Shown here one piece after another: positions 1 through 9,769 of a stretch of 64,000 nt of DNA (its first letter is position 1; each line of letters begins with the position of its first letter). Source of the stretch: an uncultured Thermoleophilia bacterium (GTDB lineage: Bacteria > Actinomycetota > Thermoleophilia > Solirubrobacterales > CAVPYU01); the NCBI GenBank assembly GCA_963710065.1, contig CAVPYU010000001.1, positions 84,705-148,704 on the forward strand, written 5' to 3'. A program made the translations under genes and the position numbers. The notes beneath the pieces were generated by a model. It was given only the letters and a program-made list of their open reading frames with translations. It ran no database searches and was not told the origin of the DNA.

Positions 1-167
1 AGAGAGAGCGAGACCAAAATGACACCGATGGTGTTGGCCCAGATAATCGTCATGGTCCCGAAGAAGGGGGCCATCAACCTGACAGCTGCGATCTCCGTCC
101 CTAGGCTGGCGGCACCAACGGTGAAAACCAGTGCATAGAGCGATATACGTTTTTCTATGTGCACCAT
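1..167 (-). CDS. Fused MFS/spermidine synthase-like membrane protein, N-terminal part (runs off window)
   Basis: Manual translation from ATG at 167: MVHIEKRISLYALVFTVGAASLGTEIAAVRLMAPFFGTMTIIWANTIGVILVALS; typical GxxxLxxE...RLxAPxFG...W N-terminus. Not in ORF track. Confidence 0.7.
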   Translation of the reverse strand, partial: MVHIEKRISLYALVFTVGAASLGTEIAAVRLMAPFFGTMTIIWANTIGVILVSLS

Positions 168-187
168 CAAGAAGCTAGCATCTGCCT

Positions 188-1528
188 GTGGTCTTTGACA
201 GCGACAGGATTGCCTCCGACGATGCCAAATATGTCTGGCACCCCTTCACACAGATGCGCGATTGGCAAGGTGAGAGTGCTCCTGTAATCGTCGAGGCCGA
301 GGGCACGACACTGACCGACGCCGACGGCAAGCAGTATATAGACGGCGTCTCATCGCTCTGGTGCAACATCCACGGTCACCGGCATCCGTACATAGATGCC
401 GCGGTTCGCGACCAGCTCGATCACGTCGCACATACGACGATGCTCGGTCTGACCCATCCGAAAGCCGTGGAGCTGGCCAAGCGTCTGGTCGAAATCACGC
501 CCGAAAGGTTGACAAGAGTCTTCTGCTCAGACTCAGGTTCGACAGCAGTAGAGATAGCACTCAAGATCGCCTTTCAATACTGGCAACAAAAGGGTGAGCC
601 ATACACAAGAAAACAGCGCTTCGTCACGCTTGAAGAGGCCTACCACGGAGACACGCTCGGCTCCGTTTCAGCCGGAGGAATAGATCTTTTTCACTCGTTG
701 TACAAGCCACTGCTTTTTGACACATTCAAAGCGCGACCGGGAGACGCCGATCAGATGGAGGGCCTTCTCTCGTCTCACTCGGACGAGATCGCGGCTGTAA
801 TCGTCGAGCCCTTGGTCCAAGGAGCGGCCGGGATGCTCCTGCATCCACCCGGATACCTTTCAAGGGTACGCGAGCTCTGTGATCTGCACAACGTTCTGTT
901 GATCTGTGATGAGGTCGCAACAGGTTTTGGCCGTACCGGCACTATGTTCGCGTGTGAGCAGGAAAACGTAGCGCCGGATCTTCTCTGTTTAGCCAAGGGC
1001 ATCAGCGGTGGCTACCTACCGTTGGCCGCAACGCTCGCCACTGAGGAGATCTACGAGGGCTTCCTCGGTGACTACGACGAGTTTCGCACCTTTTTCCACG
1101 GCCACACCTATACCGGAAACCCACTCGCCTGCGCCGCAGCCTTGGCGAGCCTCGATCTCTTTGAGAAGGAGGCAACCTTGGAGAGTCTGAAGGACAAGAT
1201 CGAGCTCCTAACAGAACTTCTACAGCCGATCGATCAACACTCTATTGTCAGTGAGATAAGGCAGTGCGGCCTTATGGTTGGAATAGAGCTTGCTCACGAC
1301 CCAGAGCGAGAGATACCGTTCGACACAGGAATCCGCGCCGGTCACCGTGTCGCGCTTGAGGCCCGTGAGAAGGGTGCGATTATCAGACCGCTCAAAGATG
1401 TCGTTGTTTTGATGCCACCTCTTGCAATAAAGGACAACGACCTGAAAGAGCTAGTGGACATCACCACTCGTTCGATCGACTCGATAGCGAAAAAGTTGTC
1501 TCCAATGACAGAGGCAGCTACGGCGTAG
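188..1528 (+). CDS. bioA: Adenosylmethionine-8-amino-7-oxononanoate aminotransferase
   Basis: WHPFTQM, DGVSSLW, SGSTAVEIALK, YHGDT, DEVATGFGRTG, PLP lysine LAKGISGGY, HGHTYTGNP motifs. Confidence 0.93.
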   Translation: MVFDSDRIASDDAKYVWHPFTQMRDWQGESAPVIVEAEGTTLTDADGKQYIDGVSSLWCNIHGHRHPYIDAAVRDQLDHVAHTTMLGLTHPKAVELAKRLVEITPERLTRVFCSDSGSTAVEIALKIAFQYWQQKGEPYTRKQRFVTLEEAYHGDTLGSVSAGGIDLFHSLYKPLLFDTFKARPGDADQMEGLLSSHSDEIAAVIVEPLVQGAAGMLLHPPGYLSRVRELCDLHNVLLICDEVATGFGRTGTMFACEQENVAPDLLCLAKGISGGYLPLAATLATEEIYEGFLGDYDEFRTFFHGHTYTGNPLACAAALASLDLFEKEATLESLKDKIELLTELLQPIDQHSIVSEIRQCGLMVGIELAHDPEREIPFDTGIRAGHRVALEAREKGAIIRPLKDVVVLMPPLAIKDNDLKELVDITTRSIDSIAKKLSPMTEAATA

Positions 1529-1533
1529 CTACC

Positions 1534-2190
1534 ATGCGCGAAACGAATGAATCGAGGGTACAGGTGCCCAGGGACTCAAGCCAAGAAAACACGGTAGAGC
1601 CAAGCAAAGCCGCGGCCGCCATCCTGCTGCGCGACGACGATGCCCAAGCTGAGTCCAAGCTACAAGTAATAATGGGGCAGCGCAGCCCCGATTCGCGTAA
1701 TCTGCCCGGCTTCTGGGTCTTTCCTGGTGGAATGGTCGAATCGGACGATCACGACACCGGATCTGCCAACGCGAGATTCCGCAATACTGCGTTGAGAGAG
1801 TTGGCCGAAGAGACCGGTATCGAGCTTGACGGGCCGGACAGCCTCATCCCTTTCGCTCGGTGGATAACGCCGGCTGAGCTTGGCGTACGGTTTGACGCCC
1901 ACTTCTATATAGCCCCCGCACCGCCTGAGGCATCTCCCAAGCCTGATCGGATGGAGATCGTCGATGCGCGCTGGCTTCAACCGCAAGAGGCCTTGGATCA
2001 GCACCAAGCAGGTGAGATGAAGATGATCTTCCCAACGCTCAAGCAGCTCGAGGATCTTGCCAGGTTCTCAACCGTGCGTGAGGTGCTCGAAGATGCTCCA
2101 ACCAGATCGATGGAGCCGGTCCAGCCCAGGGCAGTAGTTGAAAATGAGAAGGTACGCATCGTTCTTCCGGGCGAGCCAGGGTATAACTAA
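1534..2190 (+). CDS. NUDIX hydrolase (Nudt19-like)
   Basis: FPGG...RELAEETG Nudix box with insertion; WITP...RFD and FPT motifs. Confidence 0.85.
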   Translation: MRETNESRVQVPRDSSQENTVEPSKAAAAILLRDDDAQAESKLQVIMGQRSPDSRNLPGFWVFPGGMVESDDHDTGSANARFRNTALRELAEETGIELDGPDSLIPFARWITPAELGVRFDAHFYIAPAPPEASPKPDRMEIVDARWLQPQEALDQHQAGEMKMIFPTLKQLEDLARFSTVREVLEDAPTRSMEPVQPRAVVENEKVRIVLPGEPGYN

Positions 2191-2259
2191 TTGGTTGTAA
2201 ATATAAGCTCCTAGACCGTAAGAACTAGCGTCCTCAACGCTCTTTAAAGAGAGAGGTCA

Positions 2260-2794
2260 GTGCCGAACAGGACACGAAATCTCGATTACAGTCCCAAGCC
2301 CCAATACCCGAAATCACCGGGCAAGGAAGTCTCGGATTATATTTTCATACGTAAAAAAATCGATCACCGGCGCGGCGGTAACGATTCCATCAACGGACGC
2401 CGCAGCCCGGACTGGCTCTACGGTGGTTTAGGTAATGACATTGAACGGGCTCACCGGTACCGAGAGGATCCTTGGCGGTCCAGGCGACAACTACATAAAC
2501 GGTCGCGGTGGCGATGACCAGATCTTCGGCGGGTTCGGCAACGACATTCTGATTGGGGGCGGCGGTGATGACTACATCGTCGGCGGCCGTGGCAACGACA
2601 AACTAGTTGGCATGAACGGTAATGACAGGTTATTCCCCGGCATGGGACAGGATCGCGTCTTTGGCAGCAACGGCAACGATCGCATCAACTCGATAGACGG
2701 CTTCGCCGATCGAGTCGATTGCGGTCCGGGCCTTGACCGGGTCATCAAAGACAGGCTCGACTCGGTCGCTGCCGATTGCGAGATCGTGCATTAA
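2260..2794 (+). pseudogene. Degenerate/shortened hemolysin-type Ca-binding repeat gene (paralog of the next two)
   Basis: GGND..GRRSPDWLYGG in one frame, then frameshift near 2440 into LNGLTGTE...DCGPG...DCEIVH; no signal peptide; missing internal repeats relative to paralogs. Confidence 0.6.
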
Positions 2795-2873
2795 AAAGCT
2801 TTTTCCTTTATTAATGCGGTTATCTGCCGATATAAGTATTGGACGCATATACCCAGATGGGAAGGATCCCAAG

Positions 2874-4295
2874 GTGAGATATCGAGCCGCGCTTGACAGC
2901 AGGGCTTTGCTATGGCTTTTCGGCATGTTGTCTATCGGTGCGCTGCTTCTTTCGTCCCCCCTGTTGGTCGAAGCAAAGACAATCCACGTAAAAGCAAAGA
3001 AAACACTCAACTACGCACACGGCACGGGTAAGTCCGACCAGATATATGGCTCGAAGGCACGGGACTATCTTTTTGGCCGTGGTGGTGGTGACACGATAGT
3101 CGGTCGAGGAAGCTCGGACAGGATTACCGGTGGACCTGGCAGGGACAGTATCCGTGGTGGCAGCGCAGTCGACTTCATATGGGGCAACTCTGGCGACGAC
3201 CTGCTCAAGGGCGACTCGGGTGACGACCAGATAAGGGCAGGCACGGGCAACGACCAGATCTATGGTGGTACCGGTGACGACTCGATATACGGTGCAGCCG
3301 GAGACGAATGGATTGACGGCGGCGACGGCGACGACCGGATGTTTGGTGGTGTCGGAAACGACTTCATCTTCGACGGGTACGGCCACGGGTACCTTGTCGG
3401 TGGCCCGGGAGACGATGTGCTGCAGGGCGACCGCGGGCCCGATCGCATAGACGGTGGCCCGGGAGACGACGTGATGTCCGGGCTTACCGGCACGGACCGG
3501 CTGGTGGGGGGTGACGGAAACGATCTGATGATGGGTGGGGGAGCAAGAGACGACATGATTGGCGGCAACGGTAACGACATAATGCATGGGGGTAAGGCTC
3601 CAGACATAATCAACGGCGGCGCTGGAGCAGACGAGATCTACGGCCATAGCGGTCAAGACAAGATAGAAGGAGGCCCGGGAGACGACGTGATAAACATCGT
3701 GGACCCGGACCCCTCGTGGATCATCGACAAGGGCAAGGGCCACAGCGACAGCCGCGTTGACTGCGGTCCAGGGATTGACACTGTTATCGGCGATAAGGCG
3801 GATCTAGGAGACGGACAAACCATCGGTGCACATACCCCCTTAGTCGATTGCGAGATCAAGGTTCTTGGTACCGAGGTGCCCGAGGATCCTGGCGCAATCG
3901 ACACCAGGGGCATCATCGGCACCAAAGGCGACGACAAGATCATCGGCACCAGCAAGGGCGACATCATCAGCGCGAACAAGGGCAATGACTACGTAAATGG
4001 CCGTGGTGGTGATGACGAGATATTCGGAGAGTTTGGCGACGACGAGCTACTGGGCGATCACGGTGACGACTACATCATCGGCAGCCGCGGCAATGACTTG
4101 CTAAGAGGCGGCGACGGCGATGACAAGCTATTTCCCGGTAAAAACGCCGACGAGGTGTTCGGCGGCCACGGCAATGACCGCATCAACTCACTCGACGGCT
4201 GGCGCGATGTAATCCATTGCGGCCCCGGTTTCGACACCATCTTCAAAGACCGCCTCGACGCAATCGATGCCGACTGCGAAGACGTGCACAGCTGA
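2874..4295 (+). CDS. Secreted hemolysin-type (RTX-like GGxGxD) calcium-binding repeat protein
   Basis: Many GGxGxD nonapeptides, two CGPG...DCE caps, hydrophobic N-terminal signal; GTG at 2874 after GGGAAGGA. Confidence 0.85.
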   Translation: MRYRAALDSRALLWLFGMLSIGALLLSSPLLVEAKTIHVKAKKTLNYAHGTGKSDQIYGSKARDYLFGRGGGDTIVGRGSSDRITGGPGRDSIRGGSAVDFIWGNSGDDLLKGDSGDDQIRAGTGNDQIYGGTGDDSIYGAAGDEWIDGGDGDDRMFGGVGNDFIFDGYGHGYLVGGPGDDVLQGDRGPDRIDGGPGDDVMSGLTGTDRLVGGDGNDLMMGGGARDDMIGGNGNDIMHGGKAPDIINGGAGADEIYGHSGQDKIEGGPGDDVINIVDPDPSWIIDKGKGHSDSRVDCGPGIDTVIGDKADLGDGQTIGAHTPLVDCEIKVLGTEVPEDPGAIDTRGIIGTKGDDKIIGTSKGDIISANKGNDYVNGRGGDDEIFGEFGDDELLGDHGDDYIIGSRGNDLLRGGDGDDKLFPGKNADEVFGGHGNDRINSLDGWRDVIHCGPGFDTIFKDRLDAIDADCEDVHS

Positions 4296-4659
4296 ATATC
4301 CCTGGTTTTCTGGAAGCACAAGCTCAAATAGCATCATCGCCAAACCCAGTCTGTGGGAATGCACAAATTAATCCATAACCATTTCCGCTAGAAAACGTCA
4401 TATCAAGTAGAACGCAAGATTTAGATCGAGTATCGACTTGCGGCTTAAAAAGCGTAATTGCCGCTGTTTTTGGCGGTCGCGTTAGAAGATGAACCAACTT
4501 ACAAAGATTAAAATTGCTGGAGATCGAATCGTGATATGTACTGCCATTCGCTGGGGGGATTGCCTTATAGAGGGTAGAAACGGCGATCCATGGACGGGCT
4601 TTTAGCGCCACGTAATACGCCAAGTCTTGCCAATGGGAAGGAACCTGAAAGACGAAAAG

Positions 4660-6075
4660 ATGTTCTCAATGTTTAGAGGAAGAGCTTTGGTTTTGATTAC
4701 CGGGATGCTGGCACTCGGGTCTTTCTCTTTGGCAACGGCCTTTGCAGCAGACGCAATTACGATCAGAGTCAAGCCGAAGAAGACCAGAAACATGGCCAGC
4801 GGTTTCGGAGGCTCAGACAAGCTCATCGGCTCGAAGGCGAGGGACATACTTAAAGGACACGGCGGGAACGACTACATCACCGGCCGTCGAAGCAGCGACT
4901 GGCTTTACGGCGGGCCCGGCAGCGACCGTCTACTCGGCGGCAGTTCGGTCGACTTTCTCTACGGTGGGCCGGGAGACGACATAGTCAAAGGCGACTCAGG
5001 AAACGACAAGATAAGGGCGGGCGCGGGCAACGACAAGGCCTTCGGCGGAACCGGAAACGACGCGATCTGGGGAAGCTCTGGCGATGATTTCATAGACGGT
5101 GGCGATGGCGACGACACTATAGCCGGCGGTGCCGGTAACGACACACTAGATGGAGGAACCTTCGGGCACGACCACATCGAGGGAGGCCCAGGAAACGATC
5201 AGCTGTTCGGCAACCGTGGGCCGGATAGGCTGTTTGGTGAGGCTGGTGATGACTTCATATCCGGCCTAACCGGGACTGAGAAGATAAGCGGTGGCCCCGG
5301 CAACGATGTCATCTGGTCAGGCGGAGCAAGGGATGTCGTACACGGAGGTGACGGCAGCGATGAGATCCACGGCGGCAAGGGACCCGATCGCGTATTCGGA
5401 GACGGCGGCGACGACATCCTCTACGGATACAGCGGCCAGGACTACATCTACGGTGGTGGAGGCGACGACACCCTCAACATGGTCGATCCCACACCGAGCC
5501 ATATAAAGATCAAAGGCAAGGGCCACAGTGACAAGTTGGCCGACTGTGGGCCCGGCTATGACACGGTCATCGGTGACCTCGCAGACGTGGGCGACGGTAA
5601 GAAGATCGGCCGCGGCACCAAGATGGTGAACTGTGAAGAGATAGTTTTCAGCCCAGATGTTCCAGACGACCCAGGGGAGGTCAAATCGAAGGCAAAGATC
5701 GGCTCAGACGAAAACGACCGGATTAAAGGCAGTAAGGGCGACGATATCATCACCGGCGGTAAGGGCGACGACTATCTAGACGGCCTAGGCGGCGCCGATC
5801 AGATCTTCGGTGAATTCGGAAACGACAAGTTGATCGGTGGCTTCGGTGACGACTATCTGGTCGGAAGCCGTGGCAACGACAGTCTCTGGGGTGGCGACGG
5901 AGACGACCAGCTCTTCCCAGGCATGGACTCCGATGACATACACGGTGGCCACGGCGATGACCGCGTCAACGCACTCGACGGTCAGGCCGACGTAATCGAC
6001 TGCGGACCCGGCAACGACACCGTCTTTAAGGACCGCTTCGACACCGTTTCGCCCGACTGCGAGACGGTGCACTAA
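4660..6075 (+). CDS. Secreted hemolysin-type (RTX-like GGxGxD) calcium-binding repeat protein, paralog
   Basis: Same architecture as 2874-4295; signal peptide ending AFAA; shared KGKGHSD and DCGPG motifs. Confidence 0.85.
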   Translation: MFSMFRGRALVLITGMLALGSFSLATAFAADAITIRVKPKKTRNMASGFGGSDKLIGSKARDILKGHGGNDYITGRRSSDWLYGGPGSDRLLGGSSVDFLYGGPGDDIVKGDSGNDKIRAGAGNDKAFGGTGNDAIWGSSGDDFIDGGDGDDTIAGGAGNDTLDGGTFGHDHIEGGPGNDQLFGNRGPDRLFGEAGDDFISGLTGTEKISGGPGNDVIWSGGARDVVHGGDGSDEIHGGKGPDRVFGDGGDDILYGYSGQDYIYGGGGDDTLNMVDPTPSHIKIKGKGHSDKLADCGPGYDTVIGDLADVGDGKKIGRGTKMVNCEEIVFSPDVPDDPGEVKSKAKIGSDENDRIKGSKGDDIITGGKGDDYLDGLGGADQIFGEFGNDKLIGGFGDDYLVGSRGNDSLWGGDGDDQLFPGMDSDDIHGGHGDDRVNALDGQADVIDCGPGNDTVFKDRFDTVSPDCETVH

Positions 6076-6113
6076 ACATCACGCTCGAACTGGCCGAGAC
6101 AGCAAGCTACTAC

Positions 6114-7292
6114 TCAGTCGCGCCCTAGGAGAAGCGCTATTCCCTGGCCTCCGCCGATACAGAGCGTCACCAAGCCCAGCTTGTAGTTGTTGCGCTCCAT
6201 CTCGGAGAGGATCTTCGTCACCAAGATCGCTCCGGTCGCTGAGACGGGGTGACCGAGTGCAACCGCACCTCCCACCGGGTTTACCTTTTCAAGTGGAAGC
6301 TCCAGATCGTGGATTACCGCCAATGCCTGTGCTGCAAAGGCTTCATTCAGCTCGATCACTTCGATCTCATCGAGCTTGACACCGCTACGATCCAGCACCT
6401 TCTTAACAGCAGGAACCGGCCCGATCCCCATGATCTTGGGATCGACGCCACAGTACGCGTAGTCGATTATCCGTGCTCTTACCGGCACGCCGAGCTCGCC
6501 GGCTCTATCTTTCGACAGCAAGACGCAAGCAGACGCCGCGTCGTTCATGCCCGATGCGTTACCGGCAGTGACAGTGCCATCTTTCTTGAACACCGGGGGC
6601 AGTTTCGCCATCTTCTCCAGAGATGCATCCGGGCGTATGTGCTCATCCCGCTTGAATTCGTGCTTCTCGCGCTTGACTTTAATCTCCACCGGCACTATCT
6701 GGTCGTCAAAGAGCCCCTCTTCCTGCGCCTTCGCTGCCTTTCTATGGCTCTCTACAGAAAACTCGTCCTGCGCTTCACGGGAGATCGAATGCGATTCGGC
6801 CAGGTTCTCGGCAGTTACCGCCATATGGCCGTTGCCGAACGGATCGGTCAGCCCTCCGACTACCGGATCGATGATCGCCGTGTCTCCCATGCGCGCGCCC
6901 CAGCGAGCTTTGGGATCCCAGTACGGGCCACGGCTCATCGATTCTGCGCCACCGGCAACGACAACACCGGCGTCACCGGTTGCAATTGCCTGAGCGCCGG
7001 AGATGATCGCCTGCACCCCGGTACCGCAGAGGCGGTTGACTGTAAGGGCTGGAACCTCCTTCGGTATACCGGAGTTAACACCCACGACCCGAGCCATGTA
7101 CATGTCTCTGGTCTCTGTATGGATAACGTTGCCAAAGACGACCTGATCGACATTCTCTCCCTCAAGACCGGCGCGCTTCAACGATTCTGCGACACATGTT
7201 GCACCTAGTTCGGTAGGCGGTACCCCTTTGAGACTCTTTCCATATGAACCGATGGCCGTACGAACGGCCGAAGAAATAACTACGTCGGACAC
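6114..7292 (-). CDS. Acetyl-CoA C-acyltransferase (beta-ketothiolase, BktB-like)
   Basis: NRLCG active Cys, NEAFA, GHP and CIGGGQG motifs. Confidence 0.92.
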   Translation of the reverse strand: MSDVVISSAVRTAIGSYGKSLKGVPPTELGATCVAESLKRAGLEGENVDQVVFGNVIHTETRDMYMARVVGVNSGIPKEVPALTVNRLCGTGVQAIISGAQAIATGDAGVVVAGGAESMSRGPYWDPKARWGARMGDTAIIDPVVGGLTDPFGNGHMAVTAENLAESHSISREAQDEFSVESHRKAAKAQEEGLFDDQIVPVEIKVKREKHEFKRDEHIRPDASLEKMAKLPPVFKKDGTVTAGNASGMNDAASACVLLSKDRAGELGVPVRARIIDYAYCGVDPKIMGIGPVPAVKKVLDRSGVKLDEIEVIELNEAFAAQALAVIHDLELPLEKVNPVGGAVALGHPVSATGAILVTKILSEMERNNYKLGLVTLCIGGGQGIALLLGRD

Positions 7293-7371
7293 GAGACAAT
7301 CCTCCTGTTTATGTGTTGATTCCTTAAATGATGACGAATCCCCGAACTCTAATCGCTACCCTATGCAGCTT

Positions 7372-9270
7372 ATGCAGACCAGAACGTGGAAGCTCTCCAC
7401 AACTATTGTCCTTCTATGCGCAGCGTTGCTGATGCCTGCAGCTATGGCTACAGCGGCATCTGCACCGAAGGAAAGGGCCCTCTACAAGAACGGCCCAGAC
7501 GGACGCTACCTTTTAAGCGGCCAGTGGTACCTGCGGATGGACCCATACGACGTCGGCAAAACCAACCTCTGGCAGCGCCAGGCCGGCCTTGAGAACTGGC
7601 AAAAGACCCAGGTACCCAAGTCCTGTAACGCTAACGACTACTCCGAGGCAAGCTATGCCGGTGGCGTCTGTTGGTACAGGATCGACTTCCGCACGCCTAA
7701 GAAGGCGTACGCGCAGCTGTGGGCTCTGAGATTCGAGTCGGTCAACTATCACGCGAAGGCCTGGATCAACGGAACTCCGATCGGCCAGAATCGCGGCGAC
7801 TTCATCCCGTTCGAGCTTTTCGCACAGAAGTTAAAGAAGAACGGTGTCAACCGCCTTGTAGTACGGGTTGACAGCCGCCGCCAGTTCGGCGACGTGCCTG
7901 AGGCCGACAAACTGGGTTGGTGGAACTGGTGGGGCATCAATCGCGAGGTATACCTCCGCAAGGTGGGCAAGTTAGACTCGACTAACGTGCAGGTTAGGCC
8001 GATCCTACCGTGTGCCAAGTGCACCGCAACGGTAGTGGTCAAGATGACGGTACGTAACTACACCGACCACAAACAGCCTAGGGACAACGATGCACGGCTC
8101 TTCCAAGGGACAATCACCGGTCCTGGCGGGTTCAAACGGAAAATCAAGTTCCCCAAAAAGGGAGTAGAAGCACGTAAGTTCGTAACTGTCCAGGGCAAGG
8201 TCAAAGTCCCGAATCCGCGCCTCTGGAGCATCGGTAAGGGGACTCTCTATACGGTGAAGGTCAAGCTGGGCGAAACCGGGGAAAGGGCAGAGCAGAACCT
8301 GACCTACCGCATAGGGATCCGCAAGTGGCAGGTGAACAACCGTGGGCGCCTGCTTTTGAACGGCAAGCCGGTCAACCTGCGCGGAGCGGCAATCCACGAA
8401 TATGTTGAGGGCTACGGAGCAGCGCTTTCGCCAAGACACCACGTCTCGAACATCAGACACCTGCAGAACCTGGGCGCCAACTTCACCCGCACCCACTACC
8501 CGTTCCACCCAAGATTTCTCGAGCTTGCCGACAAGAATGGAATCGTCGTCTGGTCCGAGATTCCTTTCTACCAGTTGAGCAAGTCGTACCTGGGCCAAAA
8601 GAAGATAAGGGACCGGGGCCTGAGCATGCTGGACGGGATGATGCGCACCCAGCAAAATAATCCTTCGGTCTTTGCGTACAGCATATTCAACGAGCTGCCC
8701 AGCAAACCCGACCAGTCGATAGGCCAGAGGACCTATATAACGCAGGCTTGCAAGATGGTCCACGAGCTTGACCCCTCGCGACTCTGTGCCGCGGCCATTC
8801 CAGGCTACCCGTCCGTCCCGGCGCAAAGGACATACAAGATCCTCGACGTAATTGGACTCAACCTGTACTTCGGCTGGTACCACGGCCCAAACGGCCAGAT
8901 TGAAGATAGGAACCAACTTCCGATCTATCTGGATCAAATGCACCTCAAATACCCGGACAAGGCGTTGATCGCAACCGAGTTTGGGGCCGAGGCAGGTTGC
9001 AACGGTGATCCTGCCGTGAAGGGCACCTACGAGTTCCAGATCGACTGGCTCAGATTCACTTTGAGCCACATCGACGCTCGCGACTTCATCAACGGCGCCT
9101 CGATCTGGGCGCTCAGGAACTTCGTCGTAAAGCCCAACTGGACGGGCGGGTCCGACACCTGTATCAAACCGCCGTTCCACCAGAAGGGCCTGCTAGACCG
9201 GTTTGGCGCGAAAAAGCCGAGCTATGACGTGATCGCCGGCATATATAACGCGACACCCGCATTCCGTTAG
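7372..9270 (+). CDS. Secreted glycoside hydrolase family 2 (beta-glucuronidase/galactosidase-like)
   Basis: RFESVNY, GINREVYL, RTHYP, acid/base FNE, nucleophile TEFG; signal peptide; start 7363 or 7372. Confidence 0.85.
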   Translation: MQTRTWKLSTTIVLLCAALLMPAAMATAASAPKERALYKNGPDGRYLLSGQWYLRMDPYDVGKTNLWQRQAGLENWQKTQVPKSCNANDYSEASYAGGVCWYRIDFRTPKKAYAQLWALRFESVNYHAKAWINGTPIGQNRGDFIPFELFAQKLKKNGVNRLVVRVDSRRQFGDVPEADKLGWWNWWGINREVYLRKVGKLDSTNVQVRPILPCAKCTATVVVKMTVRNYTDHKQPRDNDARLFQGTITGPGGFKRKIKFPKKGVEARKFVTVQGKVKVPNPRLWSIGKGTLYTVKVKLGETGERAEQNLTYRIGIRKWQVNNRGRLLLNGKPVNLRGAAIHEYVEGYGAALSPRHHVSNIRHLQNLGANFTRTHYPFHPRFLELADKNGIVVWSEIPFYQLSKSYLGQKKIRDRGLSMLDGMMRTQQNNPSVFAYSIFNELPSKPDQSIGQRTYITQACKMVHELDPSRLCAAAIPGYPSVPAQRTYKILDVIGLNLYFGWYHGPNGQIEDRNQLPIYLDQMHLKYPDKALIATEFGAEAGCNGDPAVKGTYEFQIDWLRFTLSHIDARDFINGASIWALRNFVVKPNWTGGSDTCIKPPFHQKGLLDRFGAKKPSYDVIAGIYNATPAFR

Positions 9271-9286
9271 TAGAGAACCCTGGATC

Positions 9287-9706
9287 CTAACAGAAAAGAA
9301 CCTGAGCGCTGTTGGCAAAGCGAACAGCACGGTCTAACACGGCAGTAGCTTCCGGCCCATCGAACCATTTCACCGTACCGTCCCCAACGCTTGCCGAGTA
9401 TTGACGCGCATCGGGAAACGGCGCGCCGTACGAAGCGTTCTTCTTGGCGAGCGGCTCGACATCTTCCGCCAGGCTTTTGGCTTCCTTCAAACGTTTGTCA
9501 GTAAGTTTCTTCGATTCCTGGTCGTTGCAGCTCGCCATGCCGTCCTGGAGTACAACGATATTGTGCTGTTTGCCGGTGAGCCCGCCCGAGATCTCGATCG
9601 AGATCAGCTCGCTCGTCCCATTCGACGAACCCCCACATCCCGCCAGAACGAGAGGAACTGGCGCAAGAGCAACGGCAGCTATATGTATCAACGGTCGCAC
9701 AGCCAC
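9287..9706 (-). CDS. Hypothetical lipoprotein (weak emfourin-like motifs)
   Basis: Lipobox LAGC; SGGLTG and PDARQY motifs. Confidence 0.6.
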   Translation of the reverse strand: MAVRPLIHIAAVALAPVPLVLAGCGGSSNGTSELISIEISGGLTGKQHNIVVLQDGMASCNDQESKKLTDKRLKEAKSLAEDVEPLAKKNASYGAPFPDARQYSASVGDGTVKWFDGPEATAVLDRAVRFANSAQVLFC

Positions 9707-9769
9707 AAGAGTAGTTCAAATATCGGTCTGTATCTGTAGGGATCTGTTCATCCCTGACCTTGCCCTCAT

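Noticed and set aside
2874-6075. Diversity-generating retroelement or RTX toxin/T1SS locus
   Set aside because: No reverse transcriptase, no adenine-specific template/variable pair noticed, no T1SS genes or toxin domain.
6249-9180. Long antisense ORFs (6249-7208, 8005-9180; also 2910-3743, 41327-42052, 44630-45238)
   Set aside because: Shadows of well-supported genes on the opposite strand, with no recognisable motifs.
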